DNA of 54,767 bases from Eubacteriales bacterium (lineage in GTDB: Bacteria; Bacillota; Clostridia; Oscillospirales; QAKW01), in contig JAZODI010000054.1 in NCBI GenBank assembly GCA_045596965.1, positions 1-54,767 of the forward strand. Reading direction: 5' to 3'. Each line of letters starts with the position of its first letter. Position 1 is the first letter of the stretch. Shown here piece by piece: positions 46,601-54,767 of the stretch. Position numbers and translations under genes: made by a program. The notes under the pieces were generated by a model. It made no database searches and was not told where the DNA came from. It worked only from the letters and a program-made list of their open reading frames with translations.

Positions 46601-47354
46601 CCGCGATGGAAAATGTGAGATCAAGGATGTTATTGGGACCCGTGATAATATTATGGTCTATCTCATTCATAAGGGTTTGGAACCGAGCATGGCCTTTAAG
46701 ATCATGGAGATTGTTCGAAAAGGGAAGGCAAAAAAGCAACTTACCGATGAAATGATCGAGGCAATGAAGACTCATGATCTACCTGATTGGTATCTGGATA
46801 GTTGTCTGAAGATCAAATATATGTTCCCCAAAGCCCATGCTGCTGCTTATGTTATGGGCGCAATGCGATTGGGCTATTATAAAATTCATTATCCCAAAGA
46901 ATTTTATTGCGCAACCTTTACCGTTCGTCCTGAAGGCTTTAATGCGGTGGATGTTGCCAAAGGCCCCGATCATCTGCGGAGCGTTATCCGCGGACTGGAG
47001 AATCTGGGGAAAGCTAAAACGGCGAAGGATGATGATACGATCAACACTTATCAGGTTGTTATTGAAGCCATGATGCGCGGTGTACGTTTCCTGCCGGTGG
47101 ATCTCTATAAATCCCAAGCCACCCGCTTCACCATCGAAGAAGAAGGTATTCGGATGCCCTTCAGCGTTATGAATGGGGTGGGGGAAAATGCGGCTTATAA
47201 TATTGTTCGTGCTCGTGATGAAGGGGATTTTCTCTCCCAGGAGGAATTCCGCGTGCGCGCCGGTATTTCCAATACCGTTACAGAATTATTAAACAAAGAA
47301 GGCGTTTTTGGGTCTATTCCCGAGAGTGCACAAATGTCGTTGTTTGATTTTTAA
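43602..47354 (+). CDS. polC: PolC-type DNA polymerase III alpha subunit lacking the internal 3'-5' exonuclease domain
   Basis: PolC N-domain and OB fold; split-PHP motifs (HLHTNMSAMD, AITDHG, GVEGY, HIILL, GSACEAGE, TCDVHF); PolC zinc finger CPHCKY...CPRCG; polymerase core PDIDLNF; C-terminal GVGENAA. About 1250 aa. ATG at 43602 lies 2 nt after the ispG stop codon. Confidence 0.9.
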   Translation: MSNKYLLNFFKRCSFTDEEISLFGESIATKVVVNQEHRILKAHAQFSKYVPFSHILQLEKKVKTSYDLSLVEIIPNFENVELSVDHWEDIIACAKRKNGGVNGFLNDSTVTVNGMELTVSLQYGGLDIMEALGVEKTLLEVLFEWYQKRYKIVFTGATKVDESNLIEVPEPIYEEAPPPPEPIAPPAPKEPVKREWRRAPVVTEMPDIPFKPTENTIHGDRIGKNFYALNKVNQVDGTVSVMGNIFKCDSRTTWDQKNVRFSVYITDYTGSIILKFMVPAEKAEELSGKLKPGKAVGATGQAMYDKYEEDYVINAKCVFESKYTIRQDFADEKRVELHLHTNMSAMDAVNTIEDYVRRAAYWGHKAIAITDHGNLQNYPGAQAAAKDCGIKMIYGVEGYLVDDTVPGFDPKSSYKQKATPRYHIILLVQNKIGLKHLYELISKSNIEHFYRRPLMFRSEIERLREGLIIGSACEAGELFRAVVEKKGEEELLKIASFYDYLEIQPIGNNAYMLRNGMASGEEELQGFNKTIVRLGETLNKPVVATCDVHFLDARDEVFRRILMAGNGFEDADNQPPLYLRTTEEMLREFDYLPFDVAHKIVVENTNMIADMVEEIVPIPFGMHAPEMEGAEEELRELAWKTAHDIYGDPLPEIVEKRLDRELNSIIGNGYAVMYMIAQKLVKKSNEAGYSVGSRGSVGSSFAASMVGISEVNPLPPHYVCPHCKYSEFFEDGSVGSGFDLEDKDCPRCGKPMKTDGHDIPFETFLGFKGDKVPDIDLNFSGEYQSTAHKYVEELFGEGYVFKAGTIGTLADKTAYGYVKKYLESKEMKLNKAEEQRLVDGCVGIKRTTGQHPAGMVVIPKQYSVYDFCPIQHPADDQDSDILTTHFDFHSLHDTILKLDILGHDVPTLLKHLEDLTNLKFADIPMNDREVYSLLTSPAALGVTPEEIECDTGTLALPEMGTKFVRQMMVEARPKNFSELLQISGLSHGTDVWIGNAQDLIRDGKCEIKDVIGTRDNIMVYLIHKGLEPSMAFKIMEIVRKGKAKKQLTDEMIEAMKTHDLPDWYLDSCLKIKYMFPKAHAAAYVMGAMRLGYYKIHYPKEFYCATFTVRPEGFNAVDVAKGPDHLRSVIRGLENLGKAKTAKDDDTINTYQVVIEAMMRGVRFLPVDLYKSQATRFTIEEEGIRMPFSVMNGVGENAAYNIVRARDEGDFLSQEEFRVRAGISNTVTELLNKEGVFGSIPESAQMSLFDF

Positions 47355-47363
47355 GAGGAGCTT

Positions 47364-48269
47364 ATGAATTTGATAGAATCTTTGATCTCCAAATTGAATA
47401 TTAAGGTGCGGCGGGATTGCACCCTCACAGAACTGACAAGTTTTAAAGTGGGCGGTCCTGCGGATTGTGTTCTCTATCCGGAAACAGTGGAGCAATGTTC
47501 TGCTTTGATCCATGCGGCAAATGAATCGGGTAACCGGCTGATTTTCTTGGGGAACGGCTCCAATATGCTGGGTTCCGATAAGGGCTGCAGGGATTATATT
47601 TTACGAACAGACGGGCTTTCGACTCTTTCTATTGATCGGAATGGGGTCATGACTGTGGGTGCGGGTGTCAAAGGTGTAAAGGCATCTTCCTTTGCGGCCA
47701 AAAACGGTTTTTCCGGCCTGGAGTTTTTATATGGCATCCCCGGAACGGTCGGCGGTGCGGTGTTTATGAACGCAGGAGCTTATGATGGTTCGATGGATCA
47801 AGTGGTTTTGCGAACCCGATATCTGGATAATAACGGTAATCTATGCTCCCTTGAAGGGGCGGATCATTCTTTTGGGTACCGTAAGAGCTTTTTTATGGAG
47901 CATCCGGATTATTTGATTTTAGAGACCGAACTCCAATTGAAACCCGGCAGTTCTGATGAAATTTTTGCTAAAATTGAGGAATTGCAAGCGCGGCGCAGAG
48001 AAAAGCAACCTTTGGAATATCCCAGCGCGGGCAGTACTTTTAAGCGACCCGAAGGCTATTTTGCAGGAAAATTGATTCAAGATGCCGGATTGGCCGGTTT
48101 TTCCATCGGTGGAGCGCAGGTGAGCGAAAAGCATTGCGGTTTTATTATTAATGCGGATCACGCTACCGGCGCAGATGTGCGTAATTTGATTTCTCATGTT
48201 AAGGAAACGGTATTGGAGCGTTTCGGCGTCAAGTTGGAATGCGAGGTTCATTTACTGGGCGAGGAGTAA
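47364..48269 (+). CDS. murB: UDP-N-acetylenolpyruvoylglucosamine reductase
   Basis: FAD-binding domain (FKVGGPADCV, GNGSNML), AGSTFKRP, GGAQVSEKHCGFIIN. Confidence 0.92.
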   Translation: MNLIESLISKLNIKVRRDCTLTELTSFKVGGPADCVLYPETVEQCSALIHAANESGNRLIFLGNGSNMLGSDKGCRDYILRTDGLSTLSIDRNGVMTVGAGVKGVKASSFAAKNGFSGLEFLYGIPGTVGGAVFMNAGAYDGSMDQVVLRTRYLDNNGNLCSLEGADHSFGYRKSFFMEHPDYLILETELQLKPGSSDEIFAKIEELQARRREKQPLEYPSAGSTFKRPEGYFAGKLIQDAGLAGFSIGGAQVSEKHCGFIINADHATGADVRNLISHVKETVLERFGVKLECEVHLLGEE

Positions 48270-48290
48270 CAATAAAGGAGGTTTGCGGCA

Positions 48291-49184
48291 ATGTCTTTTT
48301 GCTTTGATGTTAAGGAAGAACTATGCAGAATTGAAGAAAAAGATAGTGCTTGCAAGGCTGCGGCACTTTACGGAATGGTTTTGTTCGGTCAGTCGGTGGA
48401 GAAGGATTATTTGAAGATCTCCACCGAGAATGTGTTGGTCATCAACCACCTTCAGTCTCTGGCTTCCGGCCTGATTGGGTCATTTTTTGAAATGACCGAG
48501 GTCGGGGTTACATACACCGCCACTTTGAAAGGGGCCTCGCTGGACAAGTTATATCGCCTGATCCGTATGTTTGAGGAAGGGGATACGGTTTTGGAGGCAA
48601 AAGATCATTTGCTTCGTACCCGCGAGCGTTTTTTTGCCTTTCTTCGCGGAGCGGTTTTGAGCGGTGGTTATTTCAGCGATCCGCTCAGCGGTTATCATTT
48701 TGAACTTGTTACGTCATATTATACAGTGGCCAAATCGGTTGTTGAACAACTGAAAGCTCATGACATACCTTGCAAAATGGTTGTTCGCCGTTCCAATCAT
48801 GTTGTTTATTTAAAGGATAGCCAGCAGATCTACGATCTTTTATACCGATTGGGCGCACGTTCTTCGGCATTTGATCTGATGGATGTTAAGATCGATAAAG
48901 AAACAAATAATAATAACAATCGCGTGGATAATTGCGCCGCATATAATATGGATAAAGCTTTGAATAAGGCAGTGGAGCAGGTTCGTGCTATTGAGAAGAT
49001 CGAAAGTTCGGTGGGGCTTTCGGCCCTGCCGGAGGATCTCCTCTATGTTGCGATTTTGCGGAAAGAAAATAAGACGGCAAATCTGACCGAACTCAACGCC
49101 ATTTGCGAAGGGCGGATCAGCAAGCCCGGTTTAAGCCGCAAACTGAATAAGATCATTGATTTTTCAAAAAATATTAAAGGGTAA
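48291..49184 (+). CDS. whiA: DNA-binding protein WhiA
   Basis: MSFCFDVKEEL N-terminus, LAGLIDADG-like core (FLRGAVLSGGYFSDP), C-terminal HTH (ISKPGLSRKLNKI). Confidence 0.85.
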   Translation: MSFCFDVKEELCRIEEKDSACKAAALYGMVLFGQSVEKDYLKISTENVLVINHLQSLASGLIGSFFEMTEVGVTYTATLKGASLDKLYRLIRMFEEGDTVLEAKDHLLRTRERFFAFLRGAVLSGGYFSDPLSGYHFELVTSYYTVAKSVVEQLKAHDIPCKMVVRRSNHVVYLKDSQQIYDLLYRLGARSSAFDLMDVKIDKETNNNNNRVDNCAAYNMDKALNKAVEQVRAIEKIESSVGLSALPEDLLYVAILRKENKTANLTELNAICEGRISKPGLSRKLNKIIDFSKNIKG

Positions 49185-49189
49185 ATGAA

Positions 49190-52100
49190 ATGAACGATTT
49201 TGTCCATCTTCATCTTCATACAGAATATAGCCTTTTAGATGGTGCTTGTCGGATCAACGAGGTGGTTGCTCGGGCCAAGGCCTTGGGTCAGTCTGCCCTG
49301 GCGATAACAGACCATGGCGTTATGTATGGCGCGGTGGATTTTTATAAGGCTTGTAAAAAAGAAGGGATCAAGCCTATCATCGGTTGTGAGATCTATATGG
49401 CGCCCCATGGCCGAAAGGATAAGCAATACGATCTGGATGGAAAATATTACCACCTCATTTTATTGGCTAAGAATAAAATTGGCTACCATAATCTGATCAA
49501 AATCGTTTCGCGCGGATTTACCGAAGGGTTTTATTTTAAGCCGCGGGCGGATTTTGAGCTGTTGGAGCAATATAGTGAGGGATTGATTTGCCTTTCGGGC
49601 TGCATTGCGGGTTCGGTCCAGCAACGTCTGCTTCGGGATGATTATGAGGGCGCTAAAGCGGAAGCGTTGCGCTATCGCGCCATTTTTGGGGATGATTATT
49701 ATCTTGAGTTGCAAAACCATGGATATAAGGAAGATGCGGTGATTCTTCCGAGTTTATTGCGTCTTCATGAAGATACCGGGATTCCCATGGTTGCAACGAA
49801 TGATGCGCATTATATTCAAAAAGAGGATTCATTCACTCAAAAGGTTTTGATGTGTATCCAGATGAATAAGACTCTGGAAGATGATGATGCTCCGGGTTTT
49901 GATACCGAAGAGTTTTATCTTAAAAGCGGTGATGAAATGGCCGCTCTTTTCGCATCATATCCCGGCGCAATTGAGAATACCTTGAAGATTGCAAATGAAT
50001 GCAATTATGATTTCGAATTTGGTCAGTTCCATCTGCCTAAATTTCAACTGCCGGAAGGGGAGGTGGATAGCTTCTCCTATCTGCGTAAACTTTGTTATGC
50101 AGGACTTTTGGAAAAGTATTCATCGGCTACAAAAGAATTGGAAGATCGGCTAAACTACGAACTTGAAACCATTCGAAGCATGGGATATGTTGATTATTTC
50201 TTGATTGTCAGCGATTTTATTGCTTATGCAAAGAATAATGATATCCCTGTTGGACCGGGGCGTGGAAGTGCGGCGGGTTCGTTGGTATCTTATTGCCTGA
50301 GTATTACCGATATCGATCCTATTAAATATGACCTTCTGTTTGAGCGGTTTTTAAATCCGGAGCGGGTGACCATGCCGGATATCGATATCGACTTTTGCTA
50401 TGAAAAACGGAGCCGCGTTATCGATTATGTTATTGAAAAATATGGGGATAACAATGTTGCACAGATCGTTACCTTCGGAACGATGGCTGCTAAACAGGCG
50501 GTTCGAGATGTTGGTCGCGCGATGGGGATTCCTTATGGAGAAGTTGATGCGGTTGCTAAGATGATTCCTTTCCGTTTGGGGATTACTTTGCAAGAGGCAA
50601 TCAACAATGTCCCTACTTTAAAGGAACTTTATGAAACCAACCAAACGGTGCATCGGTTGCTGGATCAAGCTTTGCGGTTGGAAGGCGTTCCTCGCCATAA
50701 TTCAACGCATGCCGCGGGCGTTGTTATAACAGAGAATGAGGTAAGCGATTTTGTTCCCATTTCGTTAAACGGAGATGCCTTTGTTACTCAGTTTCCCATG
50801 ACAACCCTGGAGGAATTGGGCTTGCTCAAGATGGACTTTTTGGGGTTGCGAAATCTTACCATCATTCGGGATACCGAAAAGTTGATCCGCCAGACCAATC
50901 CTGATTTTGATATAAGCAAAATACCATTAGATGATCCCGCTACTTTTAAAACATTGGCAAGTGGCAACACGATTGGTATTTTTCAGATGGAAAGTCCCGG
51001 TATGCGGCAGGTTTTGACCAGACTTAAACCCTCCGAATTTGAGGATATCATCGCGGTGATATCCCTTTATCGTCCCGGCCCGATGGATTCCATCCCGACG
51101 TATATTGAAAACAAAAATAACCCGCAAAAGGTAAAATACTTGACACCTGAATTGGAGCCGATTCTAAAGGTGACCTATGGCTGCATTGTCTATCAGGAGC
51201 AGGTAATGCAGATCGTTCGTTCTTTGGCGGGTTATTCCTATGCCAGAGCGGATCTGGTACGCCGTGCCATGAGCAAAAAGAAGAGCGACGTTATGGAGCG
51301 GGAACGGGAAATCTTCCTGCACGGCTCTCTTGATGAAAACGGAAACGTATTAATTCCCGGAGCGGTACGCAATGGGGTTTCGGAAGCGGCAGCAAATAAA
51401 ATTTTTGATCAGATGATTGATTTTGCAAAATACGCTTTTAATAAATCCCATGCAACCTGCTATGCAAAGGTCGCCTATCAGACAGCATATCTGAAGACCC
51501 ATTATCAGACCGCCTATTTGGCGGCGCTGATGACCAGCGTGATCGGTTCCACTGAAAAGACGGCGGAATATATTGAGGAGTGCAGAAGGCTTGGAATCAA
51601 GGTTCTTCCGCCTCATATCAATAAAAGCCGTTCGCGTTTTCAAGCAACGAAGGATGGAATCATTTACGGGATGCTTGCAATTAAAAATGTTGGCGTAAAG
51701 ATGGTTCATGATATTGTTGCAGAGAGAGATAAAAATGGGGAATATAAAGATTTTGTCGATTTTTGCAGCCGCATTGTGGGAGCGGATATTAATTCTCGAG
51801 CTATTGAAAGCATGATCAAGTGCGGCGTTTTTGATTGCTTTAAATATTCCAGACGACATCTGACAATGGTTCATGAACCCCTTCTCAACAGTATTACGGC
51901 CGAAAAGAAGAACCAAGTGGATGGCCAGATCGGCCTCTTTTCTATGTTGGAGGAGCCTGCGGATGTGGGCGGAAGATTTTTTGCGGATCCTCAGCCGGAA
52001 TTTGAAAAATCGGTCAAACTCGCTTTTGAGAAGGAGCTGATCGGCATTCATTTATCGGATAATCCTTTTGAGCCCTATCGTCATATTTATGCGCGCAAGG

Positions 52101-52636
52101 ATATTTGCAAATTTTCCAAAGTTCTCTCGGATGAAATACCCGACGGAGCTGAGATCTGGTGTTTTGCGCAGATCGATAGTTTTCGGTCAGTCAAAACAAA
52201 AGCCGGAAAAGAAATGGGATATCTTGGGTTATCGGACATCAGCGGAGGGATGGAAGGAATCTTATTTCCAAAGATCTATGCAATGCTTCGGTCGCGGTTA
52301 TCCAAAAATGCAATGGTATTTTTGCGTGGTAAGATTCAAAAGGATGAGCAACGCGGAACAAAACTTTTGATTGAAGAGATCCGCTATCCCAGCGAACGAG
52401 AGTTAAATGAGAAAGTCAAGCGCTTATATTTAAAACTTCCCGGTCAGAATGATCCGTTAACAGAGCGTGTTTTAGAGGTGCTGCGAGATTATGCCGGTGA
52501 TCAAGAGTGTATTTTATATTTCTCGGATACCAAGAAAAGTGTTTCGACATTAAATAAATTTGGTATAACCATCGGAGATGCACTTTTAAAAGAATTAAAA
52601 AAATTGCTTAATGACTCGGAAATTGTAATAAAATAG
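49190..52636 (+). CDS. dnaE: DNA polymerase III alpha subunit, DnaE type
   Basis: PHP domain (HLHLHTEYSLLDGA, ITDHG, GCEIY, ATNDAHY); GPGRGSAAGSLVSYCLSITDIDP; MPDIDIDF; FNKSHA; C-terminal OB fold. Confidence 0.95.
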   Translation: MNDFVHLHLHTEYSLLDGACRINEVVARAKALGQSALAITDHGVMYGAVDFYKACKKEGIKPIIGCEIYMAPHGRKDKQYDLDGKYYHLILLAKNKIGYHNLIKIVSRGFTEGFYFKPRADFELLEQYSEGLICLSGCIAGSVQQRLLRDDYEGAKAEALRYRAIFGDDYYLELQNHGYKEDAVILPSLLRLHEDTGIPMVATNDAHYIQKEDSFTQKVLMCIQMNKTLEDDDAPGFDTEEFYLKSGDEMAALFASYPGAIENTLKIANECNYDFEFGQFHLPKFQLPEGEVDSFSYLRKLCYAGLLEKYSSATKELEDRLNYELETIRSMGYVDYFLIVSDFIAYAKNNDIPVGPGRGSAAGSLVSYCLSITDIDPIKYDLLFERFLNPERVTMPDIDIDFCYEKRSRVIDYVIEKYGDNNVAQIVTFGTMAAKQAVRDVGRAMGIPYGEVDAVAKMIPFRLGITLQEAINNVPTLKELYETNQTVHRLLDQALRLEGVPRHNSTHAAGVVITENEVSDFVPISLNGDAFVTQFPMTTLEELGLLKMDFLGLRNLTIIRDTEKLIRQTNPDFDISKIPLDDPATFKTLASGNTIGIFQMESPGMRQVLTRLKPSEFEDIIAVISLYRPGPMDSIPTYIENKNNPQKVKYLTPELEPILKVTYGCIVYQEQVMQIVRSLAGYSYARADLVRRAMSKKKSDVMEREREIFLHGSLDENGNVLIPGAVRNGVSEAAANKIFDQMIDFAKYAFNKSHATCYAKVAYQTAYLKTHYQTAYLAALMTSVIGSTEKTAEYIEECRRLGIKVLPPHINKSRSRFQATKDGIIYGMLAIKNVGVKMVHDIVAERDKNGEYKDFVDFCSRIVGADINSRAIESMIKCGVFDCFKYSRRHLTMVHEPLLNSITAEKKNQVDGQIGLFSMLEEPADVGGRFFADPQPEFEKSVKLAFEKELIGIHLSDNPFEPYRHIYARKDICKFSKVLSDEIPDGAEIWCFAQIDSFRSVKTKAGKEMGYLGLSDISGGMEGILFPKIYAMLRSRLSKNAMVFLRGKIQKDEQRGTKLLIEEIRYPSERELNEKVKRLYLKLPGQNDPLTERVLEVLRDYAGDQECILYFSDTKKSVSTLNKFGITIGDALLKELKKLLNDSEIVIK

Positions 52637-52638
52637 CA

Positions 52639-52667
52639 TTGATTTTTTATTTTTTATAGTGTATAAT
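52639..52667 (+). promoter_or_regulatory. SigmaA-type promoter for pfkA
   Basis: TTGATT, 17 nt spacer, TATAAT, about 30 nt upstream of RBS GAAGGTAAGG. Confidence 0.55.
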
Positions 52668-52698
52668 TCATCTATAATTTCAAAAAGAAGGTAAGGCT

Positions 52699-53670
52699 AT
52701 GGAATCTAAAGTTAAAAAGATCGGTGTTTTGACCAGCGGCGGCGATGCACCGGGTATGAATGCGGCGGTTCGCGCAGTTGTGCGTGCGGCGCGTTATAGA
52801 GGAATCGAAGTTGTTGGTATTCGCAGAGGTTATGCCGGTTTGATTGCCGGTGATATCATGGACTTGGATGTTCGTGATGTCTCGAATATTCTTCACGCCG
52901 GCGGTACCATGCTGTTTTCTGCCCGCAGCAAGGAATTCTGTACCGAAGAGGGTATGGAAAAGGCGATTGCTGTTTGCAAGGAGCAGGGGATCGAAGGATT
53001 GGTTGTTATCGGCGGCGATGGATCTTATCGCGGCGCAGGTGACCTTTCTGCGCGTGGTATTCCTTGCATTGGTATTCCCGGTACGATTGATAATGACATT
53101 ACTTCTACCGATTATACCATTGGTTTTGATACCTGCATCAACTGTGTTGTTGATATGGTGGATCGTATTCGTGACACCATGCGTTCCCACGAGCGTTGCT
53201 CGGTTGTTGAGGTTATGGGCCGTCATGCGGGATATGTTGCTCTGCATGCAGGCATTGCAACCGGAGCAACCTTTGTTATGGTACCTGAAGTACCCAGCTC
53301 GGTTGTGGACGTAATTAAAAAGATCGAAGAAGGCCGTAAACTTGGTAAATCCAACTTCATTGTGATCGTTGCTGAAGGTGTCGGCAATGCGGAAGAAATG
53401 TCCAGATATATTCAGGAAACAACCGGCATTGTCACCCGCGCCACCATTCTCGGTCATGTTCAGCGCGGCGGTTCGCCCACATCGCGTGATCGTGTTTTGG
53501 CCAGCCAATACGGCAACTTTGCTGTCGAATTACTTGCGGCAGGGAAGAGCAACCGTGTTGTTGGTATGCGTAAGGATAAATTGGTGGATTATGATCTTCA
53601 TGAGGCATTGGCGATGAAGAAGGAATTCCCCATGGATCTTTATAATATGAGCGATATTATTTCAATCTAA
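52699..53670 (+). CDS. pfkA: ATP-dependent 6-phosphofructokinase
   Basis: GVLTSGGDAPGMNAA, IGGDGSYRGA, PGTIDNDI, MGRHAG, GHVQRGG. Confidence 0.95.
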   Translation: MESKVKKIGVLTSGGDAPGMNAAVRAVVRAARYRGIEVVGIRRGYAGLIAGDIMDLDVRDVSNILHAGGTMLFSARSKEFCTEEGMEKAIAVCKEQGIEGLVVIGGDGSYRGAGDLSARGIPCIGIPGTIDNDITSTDYTIGFDTCINCVVDMVDRIRDTMRSHERCSVVEVMGRHAGYVALHAGIATGATFVMVPEVPSSVVDVIKKIEEGRKLGKSNFIVIVAEGVGNAEEMSRYIQETTGIVTRATILGHVQRGGSPTSRDRVLASQYGNFAVELLAAGKSNRVVGMRKDKLVDYDLHEALAMKKEFPMDLYNMSDIISI

Positions 53671-53677
53671 ATGAATG

Positions 53678-53712
53678 CGGCGCAGTCTTTTGAAGGCTGC
53701 GCCGATTTTATT
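53678..53712 (+). terminator. Rho-independent terminator after pfkA
   Basis: CGGCGCAG...CTGCGCCG stem followed by ATTTTATTT. Confidence 0.7.
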
Positions 53713-53733
53713 TAGATATTTTAAAAATTTCTC

Positions 53734-53762
53734 TTGATTTTTTTGTAAATATAGAATATAAT
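53734..53762 (+). promoter_or_regulatory. SigmaA-type promoter for tRNA-Leu
   Basis: TTGATT, 17 nt spacer, TATAAT, ending 18 nt before the mature tRNA 5' end. Confidence 0.6.
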
Positions 53763-53779
53763 AGATGCGTTCACAAAAT

Positions 53780-53866
53780 GCCGGTGTGTTGGAATTGGCA
53801 GACGAGACGGACTCAAAATCCGTTACCAGCAATGGTGTGTGGGTTCAAGTCCCACCACCGGCACCA
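53780..53866 (+). tRNA. tRNA-Leu (anticodon CAA), class II long variable arm, CCA encoded
   Basis: Acceptor GCCGGTG/CACCGGC, anticodon stem ACGGA/TCCGT with loop CTCAAAA, long variable arm, T arm GTGGG-TTCAAGT-CCCAC, 3' ACCA. Confidence 0.95.
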
Positions 53867-53897
53867 GAGCCCCAAGAGTTTCTTGGGGCTCTTTTTA
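53866..53897. terminator. Terminator after tRNA-Leu, abutting the convergent dapA stop codon
   Basis: AGAGCCCCAAGA-GTT-TCTTGGGGCTCT followed by TTTT. Confidence 0.8.
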
Positions 53898-54767
53898 TTG
53901 TTTTCTGTACAGATTGACTTTGTTAAGTTCCCGTTTGAGCATATCTACAGTTCGGTCATCGCAAGGGATCAGTGGCATACGCGGCTCACCCGCTGAAAGG
54001 CCAACGATTTCCATTGCCGCCTTTATGGGGATCGGGTTGACCTGCGAAAATAATGCGCGAATTAACGGCAGTAAACGTAACTGCTCCTTGGTGGCTGATT
54101 CGATATTTCCTCGTTTGAATTCGCTGTATATTTTTTGAACTTCACCGGGAGCGATGTTGGATAAGACCGAGATTACGCCATCTCCGCCAAGAGAAAGGAA
54201 GGGGAGGATCTGATCGTCGTTTCCGCAATATATAGCCTCTTGTTGTTTACAAAGCATATAATCGGCTGTTCCGCTGATGTTGTTTCCGGCATCCTTTAAG
54301 CCAATGATATTTGGATGCTCAAACAGTTTTTTGCAGGTATCCGGTTCGATCTTTAAACCGGTACGCGCCGGAACATTGTAAACGATGATAGGGATTCGAA
54401 CACGGTCTGCAATCGTATAATAATTTCGAATCAATCCATCTTGGGTCGTTTTGTTGTAATACGGCGTAACGATAAGCAGGCCGCTGGCGCCGCGTTTTTC
54501 GGCCTCGAGGCTTAATTTGAGTGCCTTGGCAGTATCGTTACTTCCTGTGCCTGCGATCAGCGGTACGCGTTGGCCAATAAAAGCAGATGCTTTGGCTACC
54601 AGTAGACTGAATTCTTCAAAAGAAAGCGTACTTGCTTCCCCGGTGGTTCCTGCCACAACGATCGCCTGAATTTCGTTTTGAATCTGGAATTCAATTAGCT
54701 CTTCAAGTCGGTCAACGTCCAGTGCACCATCACGGTTAAAGGGTGTTACCAAAGCGGTTGCCGCACC
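53895..54767 (-). CDS. dapA: 4-hydroxy-tetrahydrodipicolinate synthase; 5' end outside window
   Basis: VTPFNRDG, AGTTGEASTLS, GTGSNDT, VTPYYNK, VYNVPARTG, GLKDA (Schiff-base Lys). The frame stays open to the window edge (GAATALVTPF). Confidence 0.92.
   Translation of the reverse strand, partial: GAATALVTPFNRDGALDVDRLEELIEFQIQNEIQAIVVAGTTGEASTLSFEEFSLLVAKASAFIGQRVPLIAGTGSNDTAKALKLSLEAEKRGASGLLIVTPYYNKTTQDGLIRNYYTIADRVRIPIIVYNVPARTGLKIEPDTCKKLFEHPNIIGLKDAGNNISGTADYMLCKQQEAIYCGNDDQILPFLSLGGDGVISVLSNIAPGEVQKIYSEFKRGNIESATKEQLRLLPLIRALFSQVNPIPIKAAMEIVGLSAGEPRMPLIPCDDRTVDMLKRELNKVNLYRKQ

Noticed and set aside
43602-47354. Is the short PolC a pseudogene, a frameshifted gene or a mis-called DnaE?
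   Set aside because: It is a single uninterrupted frame with all PolC-specific modules (N-domain, OB fold upstream of PHP, CPHC...CPRC zinc finger, C-terminal HhH). A separate bona fide DnaE is present at 49190. Only the exonuclease insert is absent, so it is kept as a finding and not as a pseudogene call.
53778-54138. ORFs of 72 and 99 aa overlapping tRNA-Leu and the 3' end of dapA.
   Set aside because: They overlap a confidently folded tRNA and its terminator and run antisense to a well-supported dapA. They have no start context.

Overview
This 54.8 kb chromosomal segment comes from a mid/low-GC anaerobic Firmicute, most likely a spore-forming member of the Clostridia. Supporting genes are sigG, mecA, the sepF-yggT-ylmH-divIVA block, polC plus dnaE, and a NuoF-linked [FeFe]-hydrogenase. 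I call 49 CDS (two truncated by the window edges) and 2 tRNAs (Thr-CGT, Leu-CAA). Nearly all are on the + strand and arranged in classic Firmicute synteny blocks: hydB-hydA; cdaA-cdaR; cmk-ispH/S1; miaB-ricA-mutS-mutL-miaA; yggS-sepF-yggT-ylmH-divIVA-lspA-rluD; pyrH-frr-uppS-cdsA-dxr-rseP-ispG-polC; murB-whiA-dnaE-pfkA. I found no CRISPR array, transposase, integrase, toxin-antitoxin pair or recognisable defence island, so the window is mostly ordinary core genome. Five things deserve a second look. (1) The PolC replicase is a clean continuous ORF that lacks the whole DEDDh proofreading exonuclease domain normally inserted in its PHP domain. (2) Beside tRNA-Thr is an intergenic array of a 12-nt motif (3 forward and 3 inverted copies), and every gap between copies is a different perfect mini-hairpin. 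The array sits on the promoter of a small AT-rich membrane-protein gene, and the segment is bracketed by two terminators with identical outer stems. (3) The HydA H-cluster L1 motif reads TSCSPGW instead of TSCCPxW. (4) Several uncharacterised genes sit in informative contexts: a nrdR-coupled acidic protein, a P-loop ATPase divergent from a sigmaF-type sigG promoter, and a GT-C-like membrane protein. All calls come from reading the sequence and the ORF track by eye and from remembered family motifs. No searches were run.
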